A DNA stretch of 64,000 bases from Chrysomallon squamiferum (GCA_012295275.1 CM022667.1:3658001-3722000); one strand, 5' to 3'. Positions 12,895 through 28,320 are shown, counted from the stretch's first letter. Notes: generated by a model from the sequence alone, not told the origin. Numbers and translations: made by a program.

Positions 12895-13944
12895 AACTAC
12901 TACTACTGCTATTATTATTATTATATAAGGGATACTGTTGTGTTCTATTGTTCTACTTACAAACAGGGTTACTTTGATGAATCTTTATATCGCAGGGTCA
13001 GTTCTCCCCTTCATTTCTCTGTATGCTAGATCATTATTGTCTTTTTTGAAAGATTTTATTTTTTAAGAAAAACTTTTTTAAGACACTCGTATTAGTTCTG
13101 TTTGTGTTCATTTTCACTTCTGCTGCTTTTCATGCATTTTTAGCATCATCATCATCATCGTCATTTTTGTCTGTTTGAAACAGAATATTTTTTTAATTGT
13201 TTTTTTTTTTTTTTTGTTTTTTTTCATGATTTGTTTCTGCATAAACAAGTAAATTGGTTTTAGCATCTGTTAAGATCTTACTTTCGTTTTTCTGACGATT
13301 TTTTGATATACCCCTTATTGCTTTACATTTTAATATAGCTTTAGCATATCATTAGCATAAAAAGGGGTTAATAGTATATTTTCTTACAAAAACAAACAAA
13401 CAAACAAAAGAGAATAATATGTTGTTTGTAGTATGGACCTTTTTGTTAGAGTTCTTCTTTTTTTAAATCTTTTTTTAAAAAAAAACTAAACTATTTGGAA
13501 AGATATTTACATATGCAGTTTGTTACTTGAAAAGATTAGGATTCATACAATTACAGCTTTGCTGATTGGTTGCGTTATATTTGTACAAAAGTGGCCAATC
13601 AGAGAGCACGTTACAGGGCCTTTTGTTGGTGCATAACATGTCGAAGCTACTTCCTGTTTGCAAACAAACGACCTTGATGTGACCTTTGGTGCTTTGCTTT
13701 GATTCTTACAGATCTCTTGTTTTTAAATGATTATGAAGAGCATGAAGTATGAATTGTTTCTTCATCATTATTGCAGATGGGTGAGGGTTCCTATTTGTTC
13801 TTTTGTCCTATTTAATCACATATATATATATATATGATTAAATAGGACAAAATCATTTTTTCATAGTCATTTTCTTTTTTTAATTATTACTTCTGTAATG
13901 TTTCTCATTGCAAAGCAAAGCACCAATGTTCACAAACAGTCCAC

Positions 13945-13975
<31 letters not shown>

Positions 13976-14293
13976 AATTTGTTTTTTTTTAAAAAAAATG
14001 ACAAAAAAATAGAAATACTTGCATTCTATCAAACAGCATAGTAAACATGAAATATTATTACTATTATTATTTTTTATTTTTCTTGCATATACATGTGGCT
14101 GTAGCATTTATCATTTAGTGTGTACATAGACTGAAGTAGAGAGAGAGAGATGTTTTCAATTTATATAGATCTCAAAAGGAGTTTCTATAAAGCTACATTT
14201 ATAATTGAAATCCTTTAACTACTGAATATAGAAAACATTTTATAAAATGATTATCTTTTCTTTCGTTGGTACATGAATTTGTAGACATGTTTT

Positions 14294-14353
<60 letters not shown>

Positions 14354-16499
14354 TGTATATTTTGTCGATATCTTTGAATGACTTTTTTTTAAATACAAGT
14401 GCTTCACAAGGTTTTACATTCAACCCATTTCTACGGTGTTGGCTTTCTGGCAATCTCCATGGCAACAGAAACATTTAATTGTAGATATTAATTGTTATGT
14501 TTATTAAAAAATTATATTACTATTATTATTTTAATTTTTTTTTTTTTTTTTTTTAGTCATTATTATTCTGTGTATATATTTGAAAATGCAGTATTTAAAA
14601 TGTTTTTTTTTTTTTTTTTTCAATAATAAATTCAGAATGTGTTTCATGCAGCAATATGGTATGTGTTTCATTGTTCCTACATTTTTCAACATAAACTTCC
14701 AATGAATTTTTTTTTTTTAATGTTTTTTCTGTGATTGAAAAATTTTAATTCTATATACAATTTTTTTTTTTTTTTTTTTTTTTATACTTATACATATACA
14801 TATATATATATATATATATATAAATATAAATATATATACATACGTAGTTTTGTGTGTGATGAAGTGTATCTCTCTCAGTTCTGTGGATAACTGTTTCTCA
14901 ACCGCAAACGTTTTTAAAAAAAACTTTTTTTAGATAGTTTATTGTTGTTGGTTTGTCTTTTTATATATAAAAGAAAAAGCCAGCAATCATTTTTGTTTGC
15001 CATTTGATTAGCAGGAAGCCTAACCAAGAAAACTGGGCTTGGGATGCATACGGATTTGTTATAGACTTTTTTTAGTTGACAGTTATTCTATGATATGTTA
15101 TCTTTTTTCCTTTTTTTAAATGGACCAGTAGTAAAGTGATGAGTCTTTGTTTGTTGATGACTGCAGAAAAAAGCCAATGTGTGTGAATTTATTGAATGCT
15201 GTCAAAAAAAGAAAAAAATCTTTACAGCTGATCTGTTTATTTTATTTACACTGTTTGTTTTTTTTGTTTTTTTTTTACATTTTAAAGAAACACAAACAAC
15301 CCTCCATATCCCTTGAAGCTTACAGAACTTTTTGTTAAAAGAAATGATGATCAAGAATCCCAAAAAATGTATTTGTTTTTAAAAAATTTCTTTTAAATTT
15401 TAAAAAATTTTCATTTTTTTTTTTTTTTTTTTATTGTTATTATTGCATTTCGCCTTTTTTTTTTTATTGTTGTTGTTTTTTGGGGGTATTTTTATTTTTA
15501 TTTATTTATTTTCTTTTTTTTTTTAAATTTTAGTTTATTGTATTAAGATTATTTTTCTAAATTTCAGTAACTGTATTTGGGGGAAAATTGTCTCATAATG
15601 AACTGTGCATTAAACTTCTTCTCTGCTGATTTCAGCTGGAGCAATCTTCTTTATTTTAAAAATTTTTGAAAAAAATTTAAAATCTTTATTATTATTTTAT
15701 TATTTTTTTGTCTGAAATTAGTTTCAACACTGCCTTGCATGTCTCTGCAAATCTCAGCTATAAAAACTTACATTTCATTTCTAAACTGACCACCGCCAGC
15801 CAGCCAGCCAGCCAGCCACCCTCAGGTGATTTTAATCTCTTCTCTCAGTCCTGGCGACCTTAATAACAGCCATTAGTTCAGATCTATTAAACGTAATTAC
15901 GTTAACAAGAGCAAACTAAAATATGCATTCATCAAAGATCTACTGATTCAAATTACATATTGCGTAATTATCCAGGAATTAACTCCAATAATCAGTTTGT
16001 TATTTTATATATATTTTTTTTTTTTATTAATAGAAAAAAAGAAATTTAAAATATCAATTATATTTCTGTCTTTTTTTTGTTTTTGTTTTTTTGTTTTTTT
16101 ACTGTTTAACAAGACTTAAAGGAGAGAGAAAAAAATAATAATAAAGGTAAAAACAAAAAATGTAATATCTATACTGCATTATCATTAAACACAGCTAGGT
16201 TTAGACACACAAATAAAATGAATACAGTTTAGGGTCTTGCAGTTTGATGGGGACCATATTCAGCTGTTAACACTTTTATCAACATATACAAGGTCTCTGT
16301 TAACAAAAGACACTGAGTATGCTTCTGTGAATGCAAACAATTAACAACAAATCTAATCTGGTTTTATTTTTGTTGTTGTTTTTTTTTTTTTAAATCACAA
16401 ATCATTTTTACAGTCTCCCTAACATTACTGGCCCCTCCTTACCAAAAGTCTAAATCTAGCTCTGAAAATAACCAAACTAATCAGCATATTCATTTTTTT

Positions 16500-16536
<37 letters not shown>

Positions 16537-16965
16537 TTTTAGTGGTTTTAATTTTTTTTTTTTTTTTTTTTTTTTTCTTGTATGGGCTTCATGGTCAGAT
16601 TTTATAGCCAGCCATTTTTGTTGATGTTACAAAATGTTCTGCAGGATGAGTCCGTGTTTTATTACGAGGGATGCGAGTGTGTCTCAGCATCTTCATCCCT
16701 TTTTGTTATGTCTGTGGTGTCTCATTGTTTCAGCTGTAGACTTACAAAAAATATATATATAAAATAAAAAAATGACGAAAAAAAAAAAAAAGATATATAA
16801 AAAGTCAACCACAGTCGTTATATTTTCCTACTGTTGAGTCAGTTTTAGACATTATTTTTTTTTTAATTTTTTTTTTTTTTTTTTTTTTTTTGTTTTTTTT
16901 TTTTCAACAAGATTCATATAGTCTGCTTCACAATATACAATAATAAAATGATATGATCTATATTG
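9999..16965 (+). other. Putative long ZFHX 3' UTR
   Basis: U-rich on the + strand with no coding signal. AATAAA at 16942-16947 is followed by a GU/U-rich tract at 16970-16990; other AATAAA sites (e.g. ~14625) exist, so the end point is inferred. Confidence 0.4.
13801..13852. repeat. Perfect 18-bp inverted repeat enclosing a (TA)n core
   Basis: ttttgtcctatttaatca (13801-13818) pairs with tgattaaataggacaaaa (13835-13852). Confidence 0.9.
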
Positions 16966-17361
16966 ATATTTGTTTCTGTTTTTTGTTCTAATGTTTATGA
17001 ATTGTTATTATTAGTGAATTATTATTATTATTACTTATATTTATATTTATTATTTTACTCTTTTTGCCCAGGATTGTATATAGAGTTCAAAAGTATACAC
17101 AGTAAAGCATATTTAGGAAAAAAAAAATAAAAAAATAAAACAACTACATTTGGTTCAATGTATATTTTAAAAAAAATTGGGTCTGGGGTGTTTGCTCCAA
17201 ACTGGGCCATGTTCCATTACATTTAAATCCACAATGGTTTATTTAAGGCATCTTTATGAAGTCCATAATAAAATTACTCTTGTTGTGTGAGTAGTCTGAA
17301 GTTGTTTTCCTGTTTAAGGTTTCATCTTAACAATCCACAAACAATTTATAAAATACAAATA

Positions 17362-18318
17362 TACTATCCCAAAAAAGAAACGCAAAATGGTTGATTTCTT
17401 AGGTAACTGTTGTAAACTGACACAAACTACGAATATAATGACATTTGGTGATTTAAACGTATAGCTTTTGTTACAGTCGCCAAAAAGCAGGTAACACAAA
17501 AAAAAAGGCTATGATCGTGGTTTATTAGCCAAAACGTCCCCGCATGCAAACCACGTTACCGGTGCACGTGCACGTGCGGCACATGAAACTTGAAAACGAG
17601 GGTTTAAAAATGCAAGGTTTTCGTTATTTTTGTTCTGGCCCAACATCAAACAAATGCCACGACTGAGTGAACCGCAACGAAACAACGTCATCGGCCGTTT
17701 ACAAGCTGGCGAATCCTTCTCGGCCGTAGCCCGGGTGTTCCATGTATCCCCAAGCACCATCTTGAGATTGTGGCATCGGTTCCAGCAACACCAAACAACA
17801 CGTGACCGTCCCAGATCAGGTAGACCACGTGTAACCACCAGGGCCCAGGACCCTAAATGCAGGTATTTCATTTACGGGAAACACTGTACCTACACAACAA
17901 TAACATTCAGGTCCTGCCCTGGCCCTATAAATCTCCGGATTTGAACCCTATAGAGCATTTATGGGACGAGTTGGACAGACGACTGAGGCAGCATCAACCA
18001 CAGCCACATAATCGTGCTCAGTTGGCATTATTACTACAGACAGAGTGGGCCACCATTCATAATGTCATTACTGTCTGGGAAGGAGATGTCAGGCAGTTCT
18101 GGACTCCCATGGTGGGCACACAAGGTGTTGATATTATACCGTTATAACCTTGAACTTTAACTTTTTCAATGTAAAACCATCAGTATTAATGAACTGTGAA
18201 AGTGTGTGTAAAATTTGAACATTCTGCTGCTTTCTGTTGATCCATTAGATGGATATTTCCAATGTCAGTACAATCTTCAAGTACGTTTCTTTTTTGTAAC
18301 GTTTCTTTTTCGATAATA
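17362..18318 (+). mobile_element. Internally deleted Tc1/mariner DNA transposon
   Basis: N-terminal paired-like HTH from ATG 17654 (MPRLSEPQRNNVIGRLQAG..RSGRPRVTT) joins out of frame to the C-terminal WPYKSPDLNPIEHLW motif. Degenerate TIRs: tactatcccaaaaaagaaacg (left) and cgtttctttttcgataata (right), with TA ends. Confidence 0.88.
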
Positions 18319-18935
18319 ATAACTTATACTAAGCATAAAATTATATTCAGTTTGGGATCACCTATTATTTCCTGATAAAACCAGAGCCTCAAAACAGAGC
18401 CTTATCTCAAATCCTGTGATGATATCAGTAAAAACAGTCAATATTATAATGAGTGATTCTGTTATTCAAAATAATAAAAACAAAAATAATAATAATAATA
18501 ATAACAACAACAACAACAACAACAACAATAATAATAATAATAATAATAATCAGTATTTGAAACCTGATACATTATGATTGTTAATGTTTGAAATGTCTTC
18601 AGTTAAAATTGGCAATAATCTATCGAGAAAACTTGTAAACTAAATAATTTAAGATTAAAAATTATCACCTTATTTACCTGTTGTGTCATCTAAGAGTAAA
18701 CTAAACGTTGACCAAATCCTGTAGTAAAAGACATTAGCCTGATGAACTTGGATGGCTCTTTTTCCTGTTCCGCCATGGTACCAATGCTATTTATTAAAGA
18801 TCGTGGTACGTGTTAACCTGTCTGTTGCATCGTTCGTTGTATCGTTGATGTTTCCGAGTTCAACTTGGTTTTGTTTATTAAAAATAACGAATGAAATTAA
18901 TTAATTTTAACAATAACAATAATAATAACAATAAT

Positions 18936-18971
<36 letters not shown>

Positions 18972-19171
18972 TTTCTTTTATTATTTTTTTTTTATTTTAT
19001 TTTTTATTTTTTTTTGAATCAGACGTGTTAAGAACATACGATATCTGAAAATGAAATACGCTTGATGGTATGTACTACTTTCTAAAATACTAGCTCCGTT
19101 ACGGAAAATAACGAGTCAACTGGAAACTGGAAAATATTTTTAAATACATCTTATTAACTTATTATTGATTA

Positions 19172-19216
<45 letters not shown>

Positions 19217-19354
19217 AATAGTAGTAGTAGTAGTATTTCAAATATTTATTATTTTTTTATATATATCTAGTTATTTAAATGTTTATTATATTTTTTTGTT
19301 TCAATAGTAAATGATGGGAGAATTTTATTCAAAGACAAATATAGTTTACTATAT

Positions 19355-19480
19355 ATGCAGTCAAACTGATTGCTCTAATAATGAGAGAGGAAACCCGCAC
19401 CACTGTGGTTTATTCTTTTTTCGTTTTACCAACCAAAGGCTATTTTATATGAATTTTTCTTCCACACAAAAAAAAACAAA
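19355..19480. mobile_element. Degenerate SINE-like interspersed repeat fragment
   Basis: gagagaggaaacccgc...ttcttttttcg...tattttatatg resembles, from memory, a common gastropod interspersed repeat. Similar degenerate pieces at ~18750-18830 and ~56280-56410. Not verified. Confidence 0.35.
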
Positions 19481-20312
19481 ACAAAAACTGCAACTTTTTT
19501 CAAACCACCAATAAACCAGCCATTGAGTGGTATCCTGGCACATTTATCTAACACTGTCACCGAAAGGACTGATCTAGATTTCCTAGAATTACTGTCGCTG
19601 AATTACAAACCTTCCCCTGGTTTGCGATTTTATCGGATAAACGGAACGAAAAAAAAAAAGTATTATTGAAAATCGAGAACTGAATGATGCAAGCGAAATC
19701 TGCTGTATGTGGAAACAGAGAACACTTTAAACTAAATTACATGTAATAGACACACAGAGACAGAATTCAGCCAAAATGTCGTGAAAAATCGTAATATTCA
19801 TTTAGAATCGGGGCTATGGTCCAGAATCTAGACTGTCCCTGGAACCTGAAAGAAACAACCAAATTTTTTTTAAATTCTTACGCCTCAGTGAGTTTTATTT
19901 AACCAGGTATTTTACTTGACCAAAGTGTGAACTGTTGCTAGTGAATGGATCTGGGTTATGAATTTCAAGCATCTTCAAGCCGCCACATCCACTTTCCTGA
20001 TTCTGTTTCGATTTGTAAACACAACCGCGACTATTAATAAAAAAAAAAAAAAAAGCAGCTACTACTACTACTGCCGATCTCAATGTTCTGACGACAGGTG
20101 CTAACGATTAGATCTGTTTACAGTACCATTTAATTAATTCTTTTTAATGCTGAATTGATTACTTCCTATTCAGCAACAGCTTCAGTCATTAAGAAACGCC
20201 GTTTAATTGCAAAAGCTTAATATTATATTACTTTTTTTTTATGTGTGTGATTCGTATAAAAGTACGTGCTATAATATAGATCAATAACAAAAACGTGTCT
20301 CTTTTTCAATAT

Positions 20313-20393
<81 letters not shown>

Positions 20394-20898
20394 AGCCTTT
20401 ATATAGCACTTTACAAGACATCACCATAGATATTTGTATATTTACGCATGTATAATTATTATTATATTTTAATAGTAAAAATACATTTTATGTAAATTAT
20501 ATTGCCAATATATACGTACATATCCACATAGATCATGGAATAAAAAAAAATCCAAAGAAATAAACAGAAAAACGAAGATTTTATTTTCATCTTTGACGTA
20601 TAAAAAATAAAAATAAATAAATAAAAAAAAGAACATTAGTCATTATTTCTACTACTCCTATCATTAGCAGTAGTAGTAGTAGTAACACTAACAGCACATA
20701 CTACTTGTCTAGTAGTAAGTAATCGAAATGCTACAAAAACTCAGTAGCAGCAATGGTGTTCATAAGCCCACGGTCGACACGCAAATGCGTAAATTTAATT
20801 TTTCTGACAAAATGAGGGTTAATCGCATTTCGATGCAAATAAACCTAAGTTGTGCATCTACCTTATAGAAAATATTGGTCCCCACCCGAGTAGCAGAA

Positions 20899-20937
<39 letters not shown>

Positions 20938-22193
20938 TAGTTAGTGGTAGTTGTTGTTGTTACAATAATAACTCTAGTTAACAATAAAAACAGCAACCAT
21001 AAGAACAAACAGCAATAAGAATGGCAGAAGCAGATCTTTAGTTTTTTTTTTTTTTTTTTTTTTATTATTTCAAAGAAAACGAAAACAAATATAAAAATTT
21101 ATCTCGCTGCACGCATTTACCTCGTTTGTTCGCAAAAATAAAAAGCGAGAAATAAGATGTCAGTTCGAGAAGCCCACCTCCTCCACACAAAAATATTATC
21201 GGACTCGACAGAGCGCGGGTTCCCATATCGTTTCCTAATTAACTCATACTATCCGCGCATTCATCAGAACTGCCATAGCTTCTGGCTTTTGATTGCACCG
21301 GTCATCAGCGGAACTCGTTAAAAGACACCTCGAGATTGCAATAAATTCCCCGTCTCAAGAAAACCAGCCTGCTACTTCCAATAAAGCTAACCTACAATCA
21401 GTTGTAATTTTTTTTTTTTTTTTTTTTTTCTTCTTAGAAGATCTGTGCTTATTATTTCGCTTTCCTCATCAGCAGTGTAAATTAACAACCTCCCGAAATC
21501 GGTTTATCTGTGGCTCCGATCTGTCTGCTGGGACGTTTGGCTCCTTCCATCACATTTGACGTGAACGTTTCAGAATGTACAGCATGGGTGGGGTGGTGGG
21601 GGGGAAGAGAGAGAACCTTTGAGCAGCGGGGTCAGGGGATAAGTTCTCAATAGCAGCTACAGTGAAAAGATACACACACACGTGTTGGGACATTGTAACC
21701 GACACTTCGCGCCTGCGTTAAAAGTCGTGAACTACCGCAATCGAACAATAAACACCATTTTTCATGAGACGACGAAGAACCTATGTTCTTTCTTTTTTCT
21801 CTCTCTCTTTTTGCTTCTTCTTTTTATGGGGGGTAGCGTCTATCTCCTCCCTCGTGCAGAAACAGCGGCACATTTTCCAAAACCGTCATAAACCTATCTA
21901 CACATCGAGATATTGTAATTACAAACGCAGATGTAGGCATAATGCAGTTGTTATTGTCATATCAAAAAGTTATTTCTGTACAAGATTTATCTTTTCACGA
22001 AACGACTGCTGATACAAGTAAGCGTTTGAAATCAAGACGAAAGCTAGTTTCTTCAAATGATGGATTTGAACATGTTTTTGTTTATTTATTTATTTATTTA
22101 TTTATGTATTTATTTATTTACTGTTGTTGTTGCTGCTATTTTTGCTGCTCCTGTTGTTATTTATTCATTCTTTTATCGTTGTTGCTACTGTTC

Positions 22194-22228
<35 letters not shown>

Positions 22229-22752
22229 TTATTGTTGTTATTATGCTTGTTGCTGCTATTGTTATAATTATAATTACAATTATCATTTGTGAATACTGTT
22301 GATAATGTTCTTGCACTTGGTGATGCTGGTGGTGACGTCATAATAATTATTATTATTATTGCCGTTGTGTTAATTCAGCATCGATTATTCACGGTCAAAC
22401 ATTTGTTATTTCTGAAATAAATTAACAAACAAACGATGTTTAACGACAACGTATCACTCACTGGCTTGAAGGGTGATTTGTAGTCGATAACTGTTCGCAG
22501 AAAGCACAATACGTTTTACTGCTAGCATAAAGAAATCTCTTTTTATTTGCAATTTCGCAGAAACAGAAAAAACACATGTCGCGTTCTTTGTAATAATGTG
22601 CATGTGAGGCCAGCTCGCTCTGAAAATAACTTTATAGTCGGATTGAAGAGATGTGATCCAGCTTTCTACCGCGCCTCCGGCTAGAATTTTAACCACATCA
22701 TTTGAAGTTATCGCCAAGTATGATCAAAACGGTATAATTGAGAATTTTTTTT

Positions 22753-22789
<37 letters not shown>

Positions 22790-23445
22790 TGGAAATATTA
22801 ACAAAGTCTATCTGTTTTCTCTCGCTGACACAAGAAGAAATATCTCTTTCACTGGCTAGAAATGATTTATGCGAATATCACATGACATATATTATTAGTG
22901 TAAAGATATGATAATGTTGAACAGTTACACTTCAGAAAATATTTTCGGAAGAGGGAAGATGAAAACAAAAATTGATAATCATTTAAAAAAAAAAAAAAAA
23001 ATTTAAAATAAATAATAATATAATATAATAAAAACAAAAAGAAGAAGAAGAAGAAAGAAAAAAAAGAACTACCAAATATAGTTTTTATTTAATTATGTTC
23101 AGTTTTGAAGAGAGGCGTGCCGTATTCTTGAAGCTTCAACTTATTATAATTTAGTATGTCACACGTGTAACTGTACGCCCAAATACACGCACACATATGC
23201 TCGCACACACATGCACATTATACACATTTCAAAATTAGTTCTAGATAAGAAAGTTTTTTGTCTCTTTCTTTGACTTTCAGTTTCTTTCCCCTTCCTTCTT
23301 CAAATATTTCTTTCTCTGAAAATCCGTTTACACTGCACAAAGATATTTTTTAAAAAACTGATGTTTTTTCACTTATTTATTTATTTATTGTTTTTGTTGT
23401 TACTGTTATTTATTATTATTATTACCTTTTTTTTCTTTTTCTTCT

Positions 23446-23476
<31 letters not shown>

Positions 23477-23941
23477 CCTCGAAAACTTAGTTTTCTCTAT
23501 CGGTATATTATTGTACTGAAATAGTTTATGATTATTATTTTTTTTAAAAATTATTATATATACATGTTTTTTTTTTTCAAACCAGATAAAATCCAGCTTG
23601 CAGTGAAATTTGCGATGAACTATCTAGGCGATTTTTTAACGCTGTTATCTCTAAAAGATTATTTTTCACACTTTACAAAAAGAAGAAAGGTGAATGGCGT
23701 TCGACGAAAATTGTTTCTTTCATATTTTGACAAAAGAATGCAAGCTAATTTACGTCAAAGTTTATCAAACGAGTAATCTCCCCTTATGACGTTAGCCATA
23801 TTTTTGGCAAAAATAATTCTTAATATCGTCTTCTGTTTCTCTCTCTAAAACACGTTTCAAACCTGTATTACATAACCATGTTGGAACAGCTTTTTAAAAT
23901 TAAACCATTTCGACTATTATTACAACAACAACACCACCACC

Positions 23942-23994
<53 letters not shown>

Positions 23995-25762
23995 TGATGT
24001 TTAGTGAAATTATTTAAAATGCACCACCGCAGGCTATAATAAAGACAGCGTTTATTTTAGTTTTAATCCCAGCGTTATTTTTATTTTTTTGTTCCCATGG
24101 TCTCACGATTGTCATTATTATTTTTTGTCTTCTTCTTCTTTACCTTTTATGTCCCATGAGCCATCTGTCCAGCGATTAAAGACCTATTGATAAGAAGCAT
24201 CGTAAACGTGTGTAAGGGTAGCAATTAATTTGCAAGACTGTTTAGGCGAACAGAGGAAGGTCACGGAAATACATCTCATTATGCTACCGGTTGCAGGAAG
24301 TGTGATATACGAGCCCATCGAAATCTGCAACAATGGAAATAATTCCAGCACATGTCGAAAGGCCAGGTGCAACATCATGCAATGTTAGACGTCGGCGACT
24401 CCGTTCCTCTTAACCTCTTCATCTGACCTATAGACGCGTCAATAATAAATCCGGCAACGGCACAAGATCTTAATAATTTCGTGCTAAACAGGCGGTGAGA
24501 AAATGACGGCGTCGATTAACGGTGAGCGTTTCGGGTACAATGGTTCCCACGACTGCATCTGACCACGACAATGCACAGGGAGACTGACAGACAGACATGG
24601 ACGAACAATGCGTTATAATTAATGAAAGGTGTACGGGAAACGCCATTGTCACATGATGAACAAAAACGATGCTGCAGTATTTTCCGTCGGGTTCATTTCG
24701 GGTCGTGGCCCTGTAGTTAAGGACATGGGTCATATTTAGACACGGTATTAGAGGTAACAAAGCGTAAAAAAAGAAGAAAAAAAAAAATGGAAAATAATAG
24801 TAATAATAACAAAAACTTTCAGATTAAAAATGTTTTTAAAATACTGCTAGTGGTAAATTGTCGAGATGCGATCTTGAATTTAGGCTAACAATAGAGTGGT
24901 GGATGTTTTGTTTCTTTCTTCTTCTTTTTTTTTCTGTGTCTTGTTAATATTTATTATTATTATTATTATTATTTAAAATATTTTGTTAATTAAATGACAA
25001 CCTTCAGGCAAACAAATCAGTTATTTCAGTCTACTACAGCAAAAACATAACAAAATGATCTTCTCTTGTTTCTCGATTTATTTTTAACTTAATTGTTCTT
25101 CCTTGCACAGTTTTACGTTCAGCAATTACATTGTCGATAATTCACATCCAGTAACGTTACTTAATGCCTATTTATTTTAATTTTTAAACGCGAACTGTTG
25201 CACTGTGGTTCTTATAGGTAATTAGCAATTCCGCCATTTTCTTTTCTATCCAATACTCTTTTTTTTTTTTCTTTCTTTTTTTTTTTTTTTTTTTTTTTTA
25301 AAGACAATCCTTCGTGATCAATTTGTTGGCGCGTTGTAATTTGAAAGCAATAAAATTATACACCATCGGAGAAGTTGAGCTACAAAATCTCTCTTTGTGT
25401 CGGTAATAGGGCATTTGTGTGATTTGTGTGGTGTGTTTTAATGAGATGGGCACCAGTTATATTTTCCATCATTACGCGTTGTTATCAGAAATAATTACTT
25501 CGAGGTCGCTAGTCCGTTCTGCTTCTCATTTTCGCCTTCAACGTAAGACGCGTTCGACTTGGGTTTTCTAATTATGGGATCGCGACACGGGTGTTTCCTA
25601 GGCCCAGTCGACAAGAAGTAATGACCGAGCTTATTACACGCTCTAGAACAACAGAACAATTTATGGGTCGCCATGGTAGCAGTCATCAATTTTCATGACT
25701 CTAATCACAGTTATTTTTCATCTTCGTTTTTACCGCAGTGTATTCATTTTTGTTGTCATTGT

Positions 25763-25797
<35 letters not shown>

Positions 25798-26331
25798 TAA
25801 TAATAATAATAATAATTATTATTATTATTTATATATATATTTTTAAATATGTGTTTCTTATTATCGTACCAATAAAAATAATATGTCTAATTAATAAATA
25901 AGAATGATTGCAACAATATGGTGTTAATGAAAAAAATCGACAGCAATACATGTATGTGAAATGTATTTTTAAAATATTATTTAGCTGGCTTACAAAAATA
26001 AGTCAACTTTTTTCTCGTGTAATTTATATTTGAACATGTTTCAAGATAATATAAGACTGTGAGATTCTTCGAAATTTCCATAACATCTGCAGTCCACATT
26101 AGCGACATCTTCATGTTTTTAACGATTCAGATTTTCAGTTTAACCGTTTTTTCGAATTTAAGATTTTTACTGTTTGTTATTAAGCGTTTCCTTTTACAAT
26201 CTTTATCGCTCGTATTTTCAGTGTGTGCCTGCATTCTTCTCTCTATACATCATAAATTAATCACTGTCATGTAATCTTTTCTCGTTCTCTCACCATGTAT
26301 GCTTTTTCTCTATTTCTTCAATAAAAAATTA

Positions 26332-26420
<89 letters not shown>

Positions 26421-28269
26421 CTTGATGCAGTATAAATTATCTCCTAATGTTACTTTCACATCCACAAAACTCTTCCTCTAAAGAAAAAAAAAAAAAAAAA
26501 AAACGAAAAAGAAAATTGCAAACAATTTAATGGGTATCAACAGTAACCTAGAAACCAACCTTTTTATTTTATATTCAAAATATTATTATTTATGTGCAGT
26601 TGACATGGAGCTACGACTTAGTAATTACGGCAAATCACCACTCATTAACACATCGATTTTGTAAACAGCGCCAAAGCCTACGACGCCATTACCACAACAC
26701 CACGGCTTAACATCGGGTCGGATGTTACTGCACTCCTATTAATTATGAGCGCTGGTGTCAATCGAGAAAAACAATATATATTTCCATTGATTACTTACAT
26801 AGTTAATACTTAGGCCGAATCTTTATTAAATTTAGTAAGTTTTGAATATATATGTATATATAAATATAAAATAAAATAATAACAAGAAGAAAATATTAAT
26901 AATAATGATGCTACTACTGTTACTGTTACTTATAAATAATAATAATAATAAACGCTAATAACAATTAAAGATGGCTAAGGAGATTTATCTTTTATTATTA
27001 TTTCTTTTTTGTCTCTTATTTTCACAATTACTATTTTCATATTTTCGGGGGGGAGGTGCTTTTTTAATAATACGTTATTTCTTTCCATTTCGCGCCTAAT
27101 ACAAAGATGGCGCTGGCCTGGTCGTCTGCTTGTAAATGTTCTTACGCACGGAATGCAGGATCAATATCACAAAATCAATGATTCACTAATTACTGATACA
27201 TAATCCCAGACTTCACAGTTAATCCGGGGACTCTGCGAGAAGATGTACTCTGTTGTAAAATAGAGGCCAAACTCAATTAGCCGACGCTATCGACTGGTTC
27301 GGCTGCAGCAATTAAACATGGCACATATTCATTACGCTACTTGTTCTGCCGTGACGCCACGTCTGTGTCATTATCCGTGTTTCTCTGGGCAATTTTAATC
27401 AAGAATTGTTTGATAGACGACAAACTGCCTCTGGCTTTAATTCAGGTGTCGTTTAGAAAGTATTATATGTTTAGTTTTGGACCCCTGCCGGTCGATGCCA
27501 GTAATGAGTATTTGTTGAGTAATTAGGCCTAAGTGAAACCAAATGAGACCGACGATGCAATATATGTCATTTAGAAAGCTGCTTTGTGTCTTTGCCAGAA
27601 GGACTTTGTAAAAGCTGAATATATATTTTTTTTTATTGATTTTTTTTTTTTCTCTCTCTTCGTTTTAAAATAATAACTTTAGTATCTAGTTTCGGTGTTT
27701 TGTTCAAACAACTCGAGATGTTTTGTTTCATAAAGATTACGAAGTAGAACTATAAATAAGACAGCCAAACATGAATGTACTAATCACGTACAGAATTTAT
27801 GGATTAAAAATTCCAGTTGTTCTTTCTTTTAGTTTTTTTTACTGTTACTAATCTATTTCCTTTTTTTTTTTTTTTAAAATAAATCCTCACTTTGTAAAAT
27901 TAGATATAATTAATCAATATTTATATTTCCTTACTTATTGATATATTTTATTTAAAATAAATAAATAATAATAATAATAATAAAATGTGGGGAAAATGCC
28001 GTGTTAAAATTTCTAAAATGAATAACAGCCGAGTTTGTATCTTGATGCAGATCAAAACCAAACAGAATCAGTTATTTTAAACTTTTCCTTTTAAATCGTT
28101 TTACAGGACTGCTTATTCAAGACCGTAATCGTTAGTTACAGACGTAAAATAAACAACAGGATGACACGGAAACCAAAAGTATAATCACATCATTTAAAAA
28201 GGCAACACGACAATCGTGAAAACTAAAATTAAAAACCGTCCACAGCCAATCATATTGTTGTTTGTACAT

Positions 28270-28320
<51 letters not shown>

